A stretch of DNA of 64,000 nt from an uncultured delta proteobacterium (GCA_963716725.1 CAVQUB010000010.1:32001-96000), one strand, 5' to 3'; positions 46,726-62,313 are shown, numbered from the stretch's first letter. Program-made: numbers and translations. The notes: generated by a model from the sequence alone, not told the origin.

Positions 46726-49566
46726 ATGTCCGACCAGAGCCCCGCGCAGAAGTCACCGAAATCGGGCAATAATCCTGCGACCAGCGGCGAGCCGGGGGAG
46801 GTGCTGCCTCGCAGGTTCGGCCGCCTCACGCTGCTCAGGCTGATGGCCCGTGGCGGCATGGGGGAGGTCTTCTTGGCCGCTACTGGGGCCATCGAAGGAG
46901 CAGAGCGCCCCTGCGTCGTGAAGATCATCCGTCGCGAGCACGCCGGCGACCGCTCGTTCTTGGCTCGCTTCCTCGACGAGGCTCGGATCCAATCGCAGCT
47001 GCAGCACCCCGGGGTCGCGCAGATCCTCGAAGCCGCCAACGATGGGAGCGGTCAGCCCTTCGTAGTGGTGGAGCACGTGGAGGGGCGCAACCTCGGAGAG
47101 GTCCGCAACCGAGTGCAACAGCTCGGTGCTCGTATCAACTGGCCCGAAGCGCTCGCCATCAGCGTCAATATGGCGGAAGCGCTGGCTCACGTGCACGAAC
47201 GCACTGACGCGGGGGGGCGCCCCCTCGAGATCGTGCACCGAGACCTGAGCCCGCAGAACGTCATGCTCGGATACACCGGCGACGTCAAACTGATCGACTT
47301 TGGCACTGCGCGCGGTGAAAACCGTCGCTGTCACACCGTCGCCGGAATCGTCTTCGCCAAGCCGGGCTACGTCGCGCCCGAGGTCGCCAACAATACGCCC
47401 GGCGGCGTGCCGGCGGATCTCTACGCCTTCGGTATCATGCTCTGGGAGCTGATCGTTGGGCGGCGGTTCCTCTCTGGAGAGGCGTCGGAGCACATGGCCG
47501 CGGTCGGCGCCGGCAAGAAGAGCCCCATGCCCGTGGCTCAGCTCTGCGACGCGCCGCCCGAGCTCGATTCGATCATCGCGCGACTCACCGCGACCCGGAT
47601 CGAAGATCGCTATGCTTCGGCACGCGAGGCGCTCGGCGACCTGGTCGAGCTGATGAAGCGGGCCCCGAGTCTGCCCAACGGCGAGCGTGGGGTACGGAGC
47701 CGAATCACGCAGCTCATGCACCGGCTGTACCCGGCGGAGCCCGCCCGCAGCCGCGCAGAATTCGTGCGTCTGCTGGCGCAGGCCAAGAAGATCCCGAAGC
47801 CGCGCGTGGTGCTGCCGCCGCCGTCGCCGACGCCGGCGCCGGTCGACGCAGATCCGACCCTGCTGCCCGGCACGCGCTACCGGCTGACCCGGGAGCTCGG
47901 CGCGGGAGCCATGGGCGTGGTGCACGAGGCGTGTCACGTGGATCTGGGCCGGCGCCTCGCGGTCAAGGTCTTGTCGCCAGAGCAGTCGTCGAGCGCCGCA
48001 TCGGAGCGCCTGCGGGCCGAAGCACGCGCCATCGCTCGGGTCGAGCACGAGAACCTGGTTCGGCTTCTTGATTTCGGGATCAGCAGCGACGGGCGCGCCT
48101 TCTACGCGATGGAGCTGCTCGAGGGTGAGACGCTGGACCGCCGGCTTGCTCGTGCGGACTTCGTTGGCTGGCGTGAAGCGGCGCGCATCGGAGCCCAGGC
48201 CTGCGCTGCGCTGGCCGCCGCGCACGCGGCAGGCGTGGTGCACCGAGACATCAAGCCTGCCAACCTCTTCTTGACCACCGACGGGACGGTGAAGCTGCTC
48301 GACTTCGGTGTCGCGAAGCTCGCTCGTGAACTCGACGAAGTCGCCACCGACGGCGAGGCATTCTCCGTGGTCGGCACGCCGGACTACATGGCGCCGGAGC
48401 AGGCGCGGCGTGGCGAGAGCGATGACCGCAGCGATCTCTATGCCCTGGGCGCGGTGCTCTACGAGCTGGTCACCGGCCGACTCCCTTTCGACGCGCCGAG
48501 CACGGTCGCGCTCTTGGACCAAAAGACGAAAAACAAGCCAGAGGCGCCGCGCTTGCGGGCCCCACAGAGAGGAATACCGACCATGCTGGACAAGACCATC
48601 TCCCAAGCCCTCGAGCCGATTGCCGACGACCGTTTCCAAAGCGCAGACGAGATGCGCGAGGCGCTCGATGCGGCCCTTCGTGAGCCCGACGAGAAGCGTC
48701 GTCTGCGTCGTCGCATCGGGCTGGGTATCGTCGGAGCGATGGTGATCGCCATCGGAGTGGTCGGTGGTGTCGCTGGCGCGAAGCCGGACGTTCGCGCTCG
48801 CGCCTGGGCCGCGGCTCAGCCCATCGTGCAGCGTATCAAGGGAACGCCGCCCGCGCCGGTCGCTGCTGCGCCCGCCGTGGACGAGAACGCCGAACCCGCG
48901 GGAGAGACCGACGAGGCCGCGGAGATGGGCGGCGCTGAAGCGCCGGTCGCTGCCGCCGAGGCGCCCAGCGAGGAGAGCACCGAGTCCCCCGCGACGGAGC
49001 AGGTCGAGCCCGAGAAGGCGGAGGCTGAGGCCGAGGTCGCGGCCGCCGAGCCCGAGAAGGCGGAGGGTGAGCCCGAGCAGGCGGAGGGTGAGCCCGAGAA
49101 GGCCGAGGTCGCCAAGGCCGAGCCGAAAAAGGCAGAGTCGAAGGCCGCTGCCGACGACGAGATGTTCAGTGCGCAGCCGGTCGCGGCCGGGAGCGCCGAT
49201 CAGGTGGAAGGCTCGCTGGCGAAGGCCGCCGAGCTCCTGCAGAGCGGCAAGAAGGTCAAGGCGCTCAACGAGTATCGCAAGATCGGCAAGAAGAACCGCA
49301 AGGATCCCCGGGCGCTGAAGGCGTGGAGCGAAGCCGCCGCGCAGATGAAGGGCTACGGCGAGTCGCTCCGGGTCGCGAAGCAATGGGCAGCGGTCGACAA
49401 GGGCATCGAGTCCCGCATGTTCCTCGCCGGCATGCAGCGGAAAGTGGGCAAGCGTGAGGAGGCGATCAAGACCTTGAACGAGCTGCTCACCGAGCGACCC
49501 GGCTGTCAGGAAGCGCGGACGATGCTCAAGGGCCTGAGCCCCGAAGCGCGGGTCGCGCAACGCTGA
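46726..49566 (+). CDS. Ser/Thr kinase with two tandem kinase domains, TM helix and TPR-like C-terminus
   Basis: Domain 1: ARGGMGEV/HRDLSPQN/DFG. Domain 2: GAGAMGVV/HRDIKPAN/DFG/GTPDYMAPE. Then TM and acidic linker. Confidence 0.9.
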   Translation: MSDQSPAQKSPKSGNNPATSGEPGEVLPRRFGRLTLLRLMARGGMGEVFLAATGAIEGAERPCVVKIIRREHAGDRSFLARFLDEARIQSQLQHPGVAQILEAANDGSGQPFVVVEHVEGRNLGEVRNRVQQLGARINWPEALAISVNMAEALAHVHERTDAGGRPLEIVHRDLSPQNVMLGYTGDVKLIDFGTARGENRRCHTVAGIVFAKPGYVAPEVANNTPGGVPADLYAFGIMLWELIVGRRFLSGEASEHMAAVGAGKKSPMPVAQLCDAPPELDSIIARLTATRIEDRYASAREALGDLVELMKRAPSLPNGERGVRSRITQLMHRLYPAEPARSRAEFVRLLAQAKKIPKPRVVLPPPSPTPAPVDADPTLLPGTRYRLTRELGAGAMGVVHEACHVDLGRRLAVKVLSPEQSSSAASERLRAEARAIARVEHENLVRLLDFGISSDGRAFYAMELLEGETLDRRLARADFVGWREAARIGAQACAALAAAHAAGVVHRDIKPANLFLTTDGTVKLLDFGVAKLARELDEVATDGEAFSVVGTPDYMAPEQARRGESDDRSDLYALGAVLYELVTGRLPFDAPSTVALLDQKTKNKPEAPRLRAPQRGIPTMLDKTISQALEPIADDRFQSADEMREALDAALREPDEKRRLRRRIGLGIVGAMVIAIGVVGGVAGAKPDVRARAWAAAQPIVQRIKGTPPAPVAAAPAVDENAEPAGETDEAAEMGGAEAPVAAAEAPSEESTESPATEQVEPEKAEAEAEVAAAEPEKAEGEPEQAEGEPEKAEVAKAEPKKAESKAAADDEMFSAQPVAAGSADQVEGSLAKAAELLQSGKKVKALNEYRKIGKKNRKDPRALKAWSEAAAQMKGYGESLRVAKQWAAVDKGIESRMFLAGMQRKVGKREEAIKTLNELLTERPGCQEARTMLKGLSPEARVAQR

Positions 49567-49668
49567 CGCGCATTTAGTCGCAGGTAGCGGCACCCCAAGC
49601 TGCGCCGGGTCGTCCTTGGTGGACAGCCCGGCGCATTGGCTCTAAGAGCCGGGGCCTCCCGAGTCACG

Positions 49669-51104
49669 ATGGCCGCCCCGGCACAGTCCGCCGTCAAGCT
49701 CGACACCACCGGATCTCCGTCCAAGGTGGTGCTCAAGCTCGCGACACCCACCGTCTTGGCGATGCTCACCCAGAGCGTCGTCAATGAGGTGGATATCGTC
49801 TTCTTCTCGTGGTTGCCGTGCCCCGAGTCGTCGAACGCCCAGGCGGCCCTCCTGCCGTCGCTGATCCTGCTCTGGCTGTTCGGAGGATCGCTCTCGGCCA
49901 TCTCTGTGGGCACTCAAGCGCTGGCAGCGCGACGCTTTGCCCAGCAGAAGAACGCCGACGCCGGCGCAGTGCTGGTCAACTCGTGGTTCTTCTCGCTCAC
50001 CGCCGGCATCCTGTTCACCATTGGCGGCTATCTGAGCTTGCCCCACGTGCTGAGCGCGCTGATCAAAGTCCCCGAAGTGCGCCAGGCGGCCACCGAATAC
50101 CTGAACTGGCGCCTCTTGGGCATCGTCAGCATGGCGATGACCTTCAGCTTCAAGTCGTTCTTCGACGGCATCGGCAAGACGCACGTGCACCTGTTCAGTG
50201 CAATCGTGATGAACGCGCTGAATATCGTGCTCTGCATGATCTTCATCTTCGGTCACTGGGGCGCGCCGCGCATGGGCATCGCGGGTGCCGGCCTTGCGGG
50301 TTTCGTCTCGACCTGGCTCGGCCTCCTGATCATGATCTTGTGGGCGACCTTTGCGAAGTACCGGAACCCATTCGGGCCCTTCAACCTGAAGAAACTCGAT
50401 CGGTCCCTGACCCGAGACATCCTGAAGCTCTCGATCCCGAGCGCCATCGCGACCGTGGCCGTGATGAGCGGCTTCGCCCTGTTTGCCATGATCGTGAGCA
50501 AGCTCGACGCTCTCGCGGGCGCCACGGCGCTGATCAACCCGTCTTGCCCGGGCGGGAAGGCTGAAGCCGTGAACAGCGCCGCCACGACGGTCATCGTTGG
50601 CGTCTTGAAGCTCACCTTCACTGCCTGCCTCGCGTTCGGCACCTCGACGGCGACTCTCGTCAGTCAGTCGCTGGGCGAAGGCAATCCCGACAAGGCGGAG
50701 CGCTTTGGCTGGGTCAGCGTCCGGCTGGGTCTGATCATCTTCGGCGTGGTCGGCGTGCTCGAAGGGGTGATCTTTCCCAGGCAAATCCTGGCTATCGTGA
50801 GCCACAGCCCAGCCGTGATCGATGCGGCGTTGATGCCGATGCGGGTCATGGGCATCTGCACGCCCGCGATTGCGGTCGGCATGATCCTGACTCAGGCGCT
50901 CTTCGGCGCTGGCAACACGCGTTTCGTGATGGTCGTCGAGCTCATCTTGCACTTCGTGTGCCTGGTGCCGCTGGCATGGTTGCTCGGGATCACTCTGGGC
51001 TACGGCCTCATGGGCATCTGGAGCGCCGCGGTGACCTACGTCGCGCTCCTCAGCGCAGTCATGGTCTGGAAGTTTCGCAGCGGCGACTGGAAGGCCATAA
51101 AGAT

Positions 51105-51108
<4 letters not shown>
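49669..51108 (+). CDS. MATE family efflux transporter
   Basis: About 12 TM helices, FFDGIGKT, PRMGIAGAGLA, LVSQSLGEG and GAGNTR. Confidence 0.9.
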
Positions 51109-53078
<1,970 letters not shown>

Positions 53079-53140
53079 CGACGGCGATCGGCGACGGGTG
53101 AGCACTCTCGCCGTCGCGCGCGGAGCGCTGCGTCGCGACG

Positions 53141-54769
53141 CTACTCCTTCATGAACTCGTCGAGCATCTGCTCTTCGCTGTCTTCGTCGTCCTTCTTCGG
53201 CGCGCCCGCTCCGGCGTCGGGCTTTGTTTCGCCCATCATCTCTTTGAGCATGTCGTCTTCTTCCTCGCCTGCGCCGGCATCGTCGCCTGCGGGCTCAGCG
53301 CTCGGATCGGGGGTGGGCTGGTCGGGCGTTGGCTCGTTTGCCCGCTTGATCTCCTTGCCCGCACCCCACTTCTCCTTGTCCTCTTTGGTGCAGGGCAGCG
53401 GGTTGTTCCGGTCCTCTTGCACGCATTCCATCATCCAAGCGTCGCGGGGCGGCTCGCCGTGCTCGGCGGCCTTGGCTTTGGCGGCGCGGATGTCGCCTTC
53501 CACCGCGATCGTCGACAGCTTGGGCAGGGTCATGATCAAGATTAGTCCGACGATCAGGATCCCGATGAAGGGCAGCGCCAATCGGTACAGATAGACCATC
53601 GGTTTGTTGAACCTGAAACTGGTCACGAACAGGTTCTGCCCGAGTGGCGGGCTCAAGTACGCGATCTCGAGGTTCAGGAGGAACATCATCGCCAGGTGGA
53701 AGGGCGACAGACCGAACTGGGCCGCGAAGGGGATCAGCAGCGGCACCGCCACCAGGATGGCGCTGAAGCCGTCCATCACCATGCCCTGGATGTACAGGAA
53801 CACGTTGAGGGCGATCAGGAACTGCCACTGCTCCTTGACGCCCATCCCGGTCACCCACTCGAAGATCTGCTGTGGGATCTTCTCGTTGATGATGAAGTTG
53901 GTGAGCGCCATGGCCATGGCCATGATCAAGATGATGGCGCCGGCCAGCGCGATGGAACTCCGGGCGATGCGCGGGATGTCCTTGATGGTGAGATCTTTGT
54001 AGACGTAGATCTCGACCACGACGACGTAGAGCGCGGCCAACGCCGCGACCTCGTCGATGTCGGTGAGCCCGGTGAACAGGCCGCCCAAGATGAGGAAGGG
54101 GATCCCGAGCTCCCACTTCACGTACCAGAGGCTCGAGCCCATCTCCGAGAGGTTGGGCTTCGAGCGGGGGATCTTGGCCTTGATGCCCACGTACGCTGCG
54201 TGCACGCCGAGCAGCGCAACCACCAGCAGTCCCGGGATCAACGCTGCCTTGAAGGCCTTGGTGAAGTCGATGCCGGCGACCAGCGAGTAGACCAGGATGG
54301 GCAGCGACGGGGGGAGGAGCAGGCCCAAAGAGCCGCCCGTCATCACCACGCCGAGCGCGTAGTCCTGGGGGTATCCCCGCTTGATCAACGCCGGATAGAG
54401 CAGTGCGCCGATGGCCACGATGGTCACCGCGCTGCCACCCGTCAGCGTGGTGAAGAATGCGCTGGCGATGATGCAGACGATGGCGAGACCACCGGGCATC
54501 CAGCCGAAGAACGCGTTGGAAGCGCGCACGATGCGCTCCGGCGTCTTCGACTCGGCCATGGTGTAGCCGATGAAGGTGAAGAGCGGCACCGTGACCATGA
54601 TGGGCGATCCCACGAATCGCTCGTCGAGCACGTCCGGCGCCAGGAAGCGCATGAAGCGCTGACCTTCTTCGGCGTGAGTGAACCACGCGAGCTGAGTGGC
54701 GCCCGCCATGATGGCAAACACGGGCGCGCCGAGCAGCGCGAAGATCAGGACGAACAGGAAGATGATCAT
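53141..54769 (-). CDS. dctM: TRAP transporter large permease (DctM family)
   Basis: VPLFTFIG, GGLAIV, GGSLGLLLPPSLP and LSPPLGQNLF. Many TM helices. Confidence 0.9.
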   Translation of the reverse strand: MIIFLFVLIFALLGAPVFAIMAGATQLAWFTHAEEGQRFMRFLAPDVLDERFVGSPIMVTVPLFTFIGYTMAESKTPERIVRASNAFFGWMPGGLAIVCIIASAFFTTLTGGSAVTIVAIGALLYPALIKRGYPQDYALGVVMTGGSLGLLLPPSLPILVYSLVAGIDFTKAFKAALIPGLLVVALLGVHAAYVGIKAKIPRSKPNLSEMGSSLWYVKWELGIPFLILGGLFTGLTDIDEVAALAALYVVVVEIYVYKDLTIKDIPRIARSSIALAGAIILIMAMAMALTNFIINEKIPQQIFEWVTGMGVKEQWQFLIALNVFLYIQGMVMDGFSAILVAVPLLIPFAAQFGLSPFHLAMMFLLNLEIAYLSPPLGQNLFVTSFRFNKPMVYLYRLALPFIGILIVGLILIMTLPKLSTIAVEGDIRAAKAKAAEHGEPPRDAWMMECVQEDRNNPLPCTKEDKEKWGAGKEIKRANEPTPDQPTPDPSAEPAGDDAGAGEEEDDMLKEMMGETKPDAGAGAPKKDDEDSEEQMLDEFMKE

Positions 54770-56115
54770 GCTCCCTGCCCCTCCTCGCCGTCCGAGCCCT
54801 CTTTGCCGTGTTCGTCGTGCCGGCGTTTGATCTCGTCGGCCGTGGACTCGAAGTTGACGCTGAAGTGCCCGCTGAGGGCCAACAGCGAGAGCAGCACGAA
54901 GCGGAACACCAGCACGAAGAGCCCGAAGGGGAAGGCGAGGTTGGCGGTCTTCACCAGCTCACCTCTCGGCTCGCCCTTCTCGGGGATGACCACGATGGGC
55001 GAGCGCTTCATGTCGGGGGTGATCTCGAGCAGCTTGGCCTTCTCTTCTCCGTAGCGCTCGACGAATCCCGAGGTGCGGATCCAGTCGTTCCACTCTTCGT
55101 GCCCGAGCCATTCCGCGTAGCGCTCGCCCTTCACGACGTGGGGCAGCGCCTTGAGATCCAGCGCGACTTGCTTCCGGAGCATGAAGGCGTGCTCGCCCAT
55201 GCCCGTGGTCACCGCGGAGAACTTCTCGGAGGGGCGCGCGTCGGCCTTGGCGTCGAAGTCGTCGATGGCGATGTGGTCGAAGAACCCCCAGCCCGCGACG
55301 CCGCAGATGAACGCCGTGGAGAGCCACCCGAACACCACCACGTAAAGCCGCGCTTTGGGGCGGAGGAAGCGCGTTACCAGATCGATGTTGATGTGCTTGC
55401 CCGAGGCAGTGGCGAGGGAGCCGCCGAGCAGCGCTAGCACCAGCGTCAGGCGGGTGCCGAAGCCCCGAAGGCCGCCGAAGAGCGTGAGCGTCGACGCCTG
55501 CTGGAACCAGTTGAGCATGTTGGACGCCCACTCGACGCCAACATTTCCCCAGTACTTGGCAGTCGCGATTCCGATGACGACCCCGCTGATAGATGCGATG
55601 CGCTGCAGCGACTTCTTCTGCTTGCGCGTCGCGAGAAATCCCACGCTGCCGAGCACCAAGGCGCCGGACAACATGCGAAAGACGATCCCGGCGTTGCTCG
55701 CCCCGTCGGACGATGTGGACAGGCCCTTGAGACCCACCCACAGCGAGAGCACCAACACCTCGAGCACGAGCACGGTCGTGCAGAGGAAGACCTCCCACTT
55801 CGTCCAGCCGGAGTCGATGCGGACGAACGGCAGCCCCCAAGCGGCGGGCTTGGGCTGGCCATTGTCCGGGTCGGCGTCCACTGTGGGAGCGCGCGACTTG
55901 GATTCCACCGCGGCGTCGGGTCGAGGCGCCTGCTTGGCGTCGCCGCCTGCGTCGCCGCCGCCTGCGTCGTCGGGGCTCGCTTTCGCGTCCGGGGCCTCGA
56001 CGGGGCTCTGGTCCTTGGTGCTCGCGTCTTTCGCGTCCGGGTCGTCCGAGGTCTCGGCAGGGCCTGCGCCCTTGTCGCCCCCGTCTCGCTCGTCACGTTC
56101 GTCTTGGTCGCTCAT
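54766..56115 (-). CDS. TRAP transporter small permease (DctQ family), extended
   Basis: LLGGSLATASGKHINIDLV DctQ-type motif. Extra TM helices, a soluble insert and an acidic disordered N-terminus. Confidence 0.78.
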   Translation of the reverse strand: MSDQDERDERDGGDKGAGPAETSDDPDAKDASTKDQSPVEAPDAKASPDDAGGGDAGGDAKQAPRPDAAVESKSRAPTVDADPDNGQPKPAAWGLPFVRIDSGWTKWEVFLCTTVLVLEVLVLSLWVGLKGLSTSSDGASNAGIVFRMLSGALVLGSVGFLATRKQKKSLQRIASISGVVIGIATAKYWGNVGVEWASNMLNWFQQASTLTLFGGLRGFGTRLTLVLALLGGSLATASGKHINIDLVTRFLRPKARLYVVVFGWLSTAFICGVAGWGFFDHIAIDDFDAKADARPSEKFSAVTTGMGEHAFMLRKQVALDLKALPHVVKGERYAEWLGHEEWNDWIRTSGFVERYGEEKAKLLEITPDMKRSPIVVIPEKGEPRGELVKTANLAFPFGLFVLVFRFVLLSLLALSGHFSVNFESTADEIKRRHDEHGKEGSDGEEGQGA

Positions 56116-56167
56116 CCCTGAGCGCGCACGTTATCAAAGCTGGACGGGCTGGGGGGCCGAGATGCCT

Positions 56168-56204
56168 ACAAAACACGAGAGGGCCGAGCCCGAAGGCCCA
56201 GCCC
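56168..56204 (-). terminator. Intercistronic hairpin/terminator after dctP
   Basis: Minus strand GGGCTGGGCC-TTCG-GGCTCGGCCC (cUUCGg tetraloop) followed by TCTCGTGTTTTGT. Confidence 0.6.
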
Positions 56205-56272
56205 CATGCTTTTGGCTCTCGCGTCGCGACTGCCCAGGTGCTCGTCCGAGCCCCAGGCGGTCGCGATTTCCG

Positions 56273-57256
56273 TCAGCAGGCGCCGACTTTGCCCAGCGCG
56301 TCGCCCGGGATGGCCGACTTGAGGTTCTGGCAGGCCTTCTTGAAGACCGCCTTCCACTCGGCCTTTTCTGCCGCGGACGGCTCGTGGACGGTCATCTTTG
56401 CCTTGAGGCGCTTGAAGGAAGCGGCGTCGGCGCTGCGGATGCGCTTGGTCAGCATCTCGGCGGCCTTGGCCCCGGTGCTCTTGACCACCTCGCGCTGATC
56501 GGCGGTGAGCTTGTCGATCTCTTTCTGGCTGATCACCACGGCGCCGATGCCGAAGTAGGTCTCGGCCGTGTTGATGTGGTCGAGGCGGGATGCCCACTGG
56601 AGCTGCTCCGCGGCCAACGAGGGTGTGTTCATCACGTCGATGGCGCCGCTGTTCAGCTTCGGCAGGAAGCCAGTGACCGGCGAGGGAACGCCGGAGACGC
56701 CACCGATGGCCTCGTAGACCTTGGGCGCGATGATGTCCTCGTTGATCATGCCGGGGTGTTTGCCCTTGAGGTCGGCCGGAACCTTGACCGCAAAGCCCTT
56801 GGACATCACCCGGCCGATGCCGACGTCGCCAAAGCCGCCGATGTGGAAGCCGTCTTTGGCCGCCGACTCGATCAGCTCCTTCGCGTACTTGCCGCGCGCG
56901 GCGTCCAGCTCCGCCCAGCTTCCAAAAGCGCCGGGCATCTGGAGAGCCATGAAGCGCTTGTCGATGGCGCCAAGGCCCACGGCCGTGATGGCGCCGCCGC
57001 CAATCTGACCGCTCTTGATCTTGCCGACCACCGCGCCTTCGGGGCCGCCGGTGCCGTTCCAGAGCCAGTCGAGCTTGACCTCGCCGTTGGTCTTTTGCTC
57101 AACGGCCTTGGACCAGGTCGTGAAGACCTTGCCCCAGGGGCTCCGCTTTGGAGCCAGCGTTGCCATCTTCAATGTCGACTTGGCGTGAGCCGCACCCGCC
57201 GTGCCCATGACGACGAACGAAGCGGCCACGACTGCCGCGAGAACCTTTCGGACCAT
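56273..57256 (-). CDS. dctP: TRAP substrate-binding protein (DctP/TatP)
   Basis: Signal peptide, LKMATLAPKRSPW and PADLKG. AGGAGG-like RBS. Confidence 0.9.
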   Translation of the reverse strand: MVRKVLAAVVAASFVVMGTAGAAHAKSTLKMATLAPKRSPWGKVFTTWSKAVEQKTNGEVKLDWLWNGTGGPEGAVVGKIKSGQIGGGAITAVGLGAIDKRFMALQMPGAFGSWAELDAARGKYAKELIESAAKDGFHIGGFGDVGIGRVMSKGFAVKVPADLKGKHPGMINEDIIAPKVYEAIGGVSGVPSPVTGFLPKLNSGAIDVMNTPSLAAEQLQWASRLDHINTAETYFGIGAVVISQKEIDKLTADQREVVKSTGAKAAEMLTKRIRSADAASFKRLKAKMTVHEPSAAEKAEWKAVFKKACQNLKSAIPGDALGKVGAC

Positions 57257-57414
57257 TTCCTAGTACCTCCTCGAATCGTTGCGAATGGCTGGCCAGCCGA
57301 TGGGCCACCCGGCTCAGGTGAGACGGAGCGGCCTGCAAAAGCGATCAACGAATATGCGAAAACCCTGCCCCGGGCCAGGCGCGCCGCGCTGCCCTCCCCT
57401 TCGGATGCAGTGCG

Positions 57415-58344
57415 TCAGATGCGGAACCCGCACTCTTCCTGCCAAATCTTGTTGCCCAGGTAGCGTCGCGCCCGGCGTTTCGCGATGACGTTTTGTAGCC
57501 GGGCTTCGGGCAGGTCGTCCCCGGCGGCGAGCACCTCGTTCAGGGTCTTCTCGTAGGCCGCCCTGTCGCCCTTGGCGCAGTAGTAGCGCTGCGCGTAGTT
57601 CAGCTTGGTCGGCAGGAACTTCCCGCCGCTGATCGCCAACGCCTTCTCGAAGCTCTCCTTCGACTGGTCGAGCTCGGCCATGGCCGTGCGCGCGTGGTAG
57701 GCCCCCATCACCGTGTAGCCCGTGCCGTAGACGAGCGTGTCGTCGAGCTTCAGGGAGCGCTTGATCATCTCCACTCCGACATAGAGTTCGCCCACGATTT
57801 CCGGGACGTCCTTTGACGTGGAGACGTGGCCGACCCAGGCGTAGCCGATCCACAGCAGATCTTCGGCCTGCTCCTTGTCGGTGAAGTTTTGCTCGAGCCA
57901 GGCCGAGATGGTTGCTTGATTGCGCTTGGCTGCGTCGAAACCCTCGGCGTGGTGACCGAGCAGTTCGACGCCGTAGTGCTTGGCGCGGGCGAAGCCGGCG
58001 CGGGCGCGAAGCAGGTGGTACTCGGCCATCACGTCGTCGCCCTTTTCGTAGGCCTCTTCGTAGTCGTCCTCGGTGAAGCCGAAGGACACACCTGCCCAAG
58101 CCCGAGTGAGCATGAAGAGCGCGTCGGTGTTGGCCGGCGCAAGCGTGTGGAAACCTTCGAGCTGCCCGATACCGGCCTGGGCGACTCCCCGGGCGATTTC
58201 CCAGTCGTGCAGCGTGTTCACGGCCGCCGAGCCCTGGCGAGTGCCCTTGATCTGCCCGTTGAGCAGCATCGCCTTGAGACAGCCGGTGCTCGACAGGGCG
58301 AGCGCCGAGAGACCCAATACACAGATACCCCGCGCGAGATTCAT
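57415..58344 (-). CDS. TRAP-associated TatT-family lipoprotein
   Basis: Lipobox STGC, helical-repeat body and NVIAKRRARRYL C-terminus. Directly upstream of dctP. Confidence 0.75.
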   Translation of the reverse strand: MNLARGICVLGLSALALSSTGCLKAMLLNGQIKGTRQGSAAVNTLHDWEIARGVAQAGIGQLEGFHTLAPANTDALFMLTRAWAGVSFGFTEDDYEEAYEKGDDVMAEYHLLRARAGFARAKHYGVELLGHHAEGFDAAKRNQATISAWLEQNFTDKEQAEDLLWIGYAWVGHVSTSKDVPEIVGELYVGVEMIKRSLKLDDTLVYGTGYTVMGAYHARTAMAELDQSKESFEKALAISGGKFLPTKLNYAQRYYCAKGDRAAYEKTLNEVLAAGDDLPEARLQNVIAKRRARRYLGNKIWQEECGFRI

Positions 58345-58405
58345 GACGCGCGGGGATACCCGTCTTTTCCTCGGGATTCAACCGGTGCGTCGCGAATTGC
58401 GCTGC

Positions 58406-59683
58406 TCAATCCCGGGCCGCCAGGACGGCGCAGGCCACGGCTGTCCGCACACCCGGGTCATCGTCCGCCAGCGCGGTAGCGGCTTTTTGGTAGTCCCCCA
58501 GGGCCAGCAGGCCCTGGGCGGCGACGGTGCGCGTGTGGGCCTTGGGGGAGCCCAAGAGGTCTACCAGCTGCTTTTGTACCCCGGCGTCCCCCGCCGCAGC
58601 CAGGGCCGCGCGCGCTTGCAGCCCCAGTTCGTCGTCCTTCTTGGCCAGCTCGCGAAGCCCTTCGAGGGCCTTCTTCTTGTGAGCGTCATCGCCGGCCAGC
58701 CGCGCGAGCGCGATGACCTTCACTTCCTTGTCGGCGTCCTTGGTGGCCTTCTCGATGGCGGCCACGACGTCCTTGTCCGAAAAGGGAGCGAGGCGAATGG
58801 CCAGGCGTCGTTCGGCCTCGGTGCCCTGGCCGATGGCTCGCAGTAGCGTCGCGACGCCGGAGCCCGCAAAGCGCCCGCGCGAACGCACCAAGGCGTCCGC
58901 CGCCGCGATGGCCAGCATGCCCTGCCGGTTTTCCGTCAGCGTCACGAGCTCGTGCTCGCCACCCGCCCGATACGCGGCGGGCATCGCCCAGGCGTCGATG
59001 ATGGTGATGCGCGTCGGTTCGTCGGCGCTCACCCAGTGATCGCGGAGCGCAAGCACCGCCCTTTCGCCACCAATGGCGCCGACGGTGCGCGTCGCGTGAC
59101 CGCGGTTGACCAGGTCCGGATCGAGGCGGGCTGCCTCGAGGGCGCTCTCGAGATCATCGCTCGAACGCGCCTCGAGCGCCGCTCGGAGCGCCGCTCGGCG
59201 CACGCGCTCGTCGGGGTCCGCGAACAGCTTGCGACGCAGCGGGCCCTGCTCGTTGGCGACGGCAGCACGGGCCGCAACCGCTCGCCACGCTCCGCTCGAA
59301 GCGTCGCGATGGCGGCGCAGGAGCTCCGAGGAGTTGCGGCGCCCGAGCTCGAACAAGGTCAAGGTGGCCTCCGCTGCCGCGTCATCGGCTTGCTCAGCCC
59401 GTGCCTCGAGGACCCGAACGAGTGGGCGGGCGCAGCTCCGCACGTCGCGGACGCGATCGACGGCGGCGGTGCCGCTGGCGGAACGCAGCTCACGGCCGGC
59501 GACCGCCCAGGCCAGATCTTCTACCGTGGACTTGTCGAGGCGCCCGGCATCTTGGCTCCGCTTCACGTCGCGCTTGAGCGAGACGAGATCCCCGTGTAGG
59601 GCGGTGTCCACGACCTGAGCGGCTCCGCAGCCGGCGAGCAGCAGAGTGAGGCCGATGAGAACGTGGGCAGAGCGAGCGCGCAT
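58406..59683 (-). CDS. HEAT-repeat lipoprotein
   Basis: Lipobox LAGC and repeated DPDERVRRAAL/DDDPGVRTAVA motifs. Confidence 0.75.
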   Translation of the reverse strand: MRARSAHVLIGLTLLLAGCGAAQVVDTALHGDLVSLKRDVKRSQDAGRLDKSTVEDLAWAVAGRELRSASGTAAVDRVRDVRSCARPLVRVLEARAEQADDAAAEATLTLFELGRRNSSELLRRHRDASSGAWRAVAARAAVANEQGPLRRKLFADPDERVRRAALRAALEARSSDDLESALEAARLDPDLVNRGHATRTVGAIGGERAVLALRDHWVSADEPTRITIIDAWAMPAAYRAGGEHELVTLTENRQGMLAIAAADALVRSRGRFAGSGVATLLRAIGQGTEAERRLAIRLAPFSDKDVVAAIEKATKDADKEVKVIALARLAGDDAHKKKALEGLRELAKKDDELGLQARAALAAAGDAGVQKQLVDLLGSPKAHTRTVAAQGLLALGDYQKAATALADDDPGVRTAVACAVLAARD

Positions 59684-59702
59684 GCTCGGACGGTGATAGC
59701 AC

Positions 59703-62313
<2,611 letters not shown>

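Noticed and set aside
49000..49140. EPEKAEGE-type repeats (also the Pro-rich tract at 39400-39720)
   Set aside because: Ordinary low-complexity linkers of myxobacterial membrane proteins.
43849..49593. Long ORFs 43849-46383 (+) and 46753-49593 (-)
   Set aside because: Antisense shadows of the DsbA and kinase genes, typical of high-GC DNA, with no motifs.
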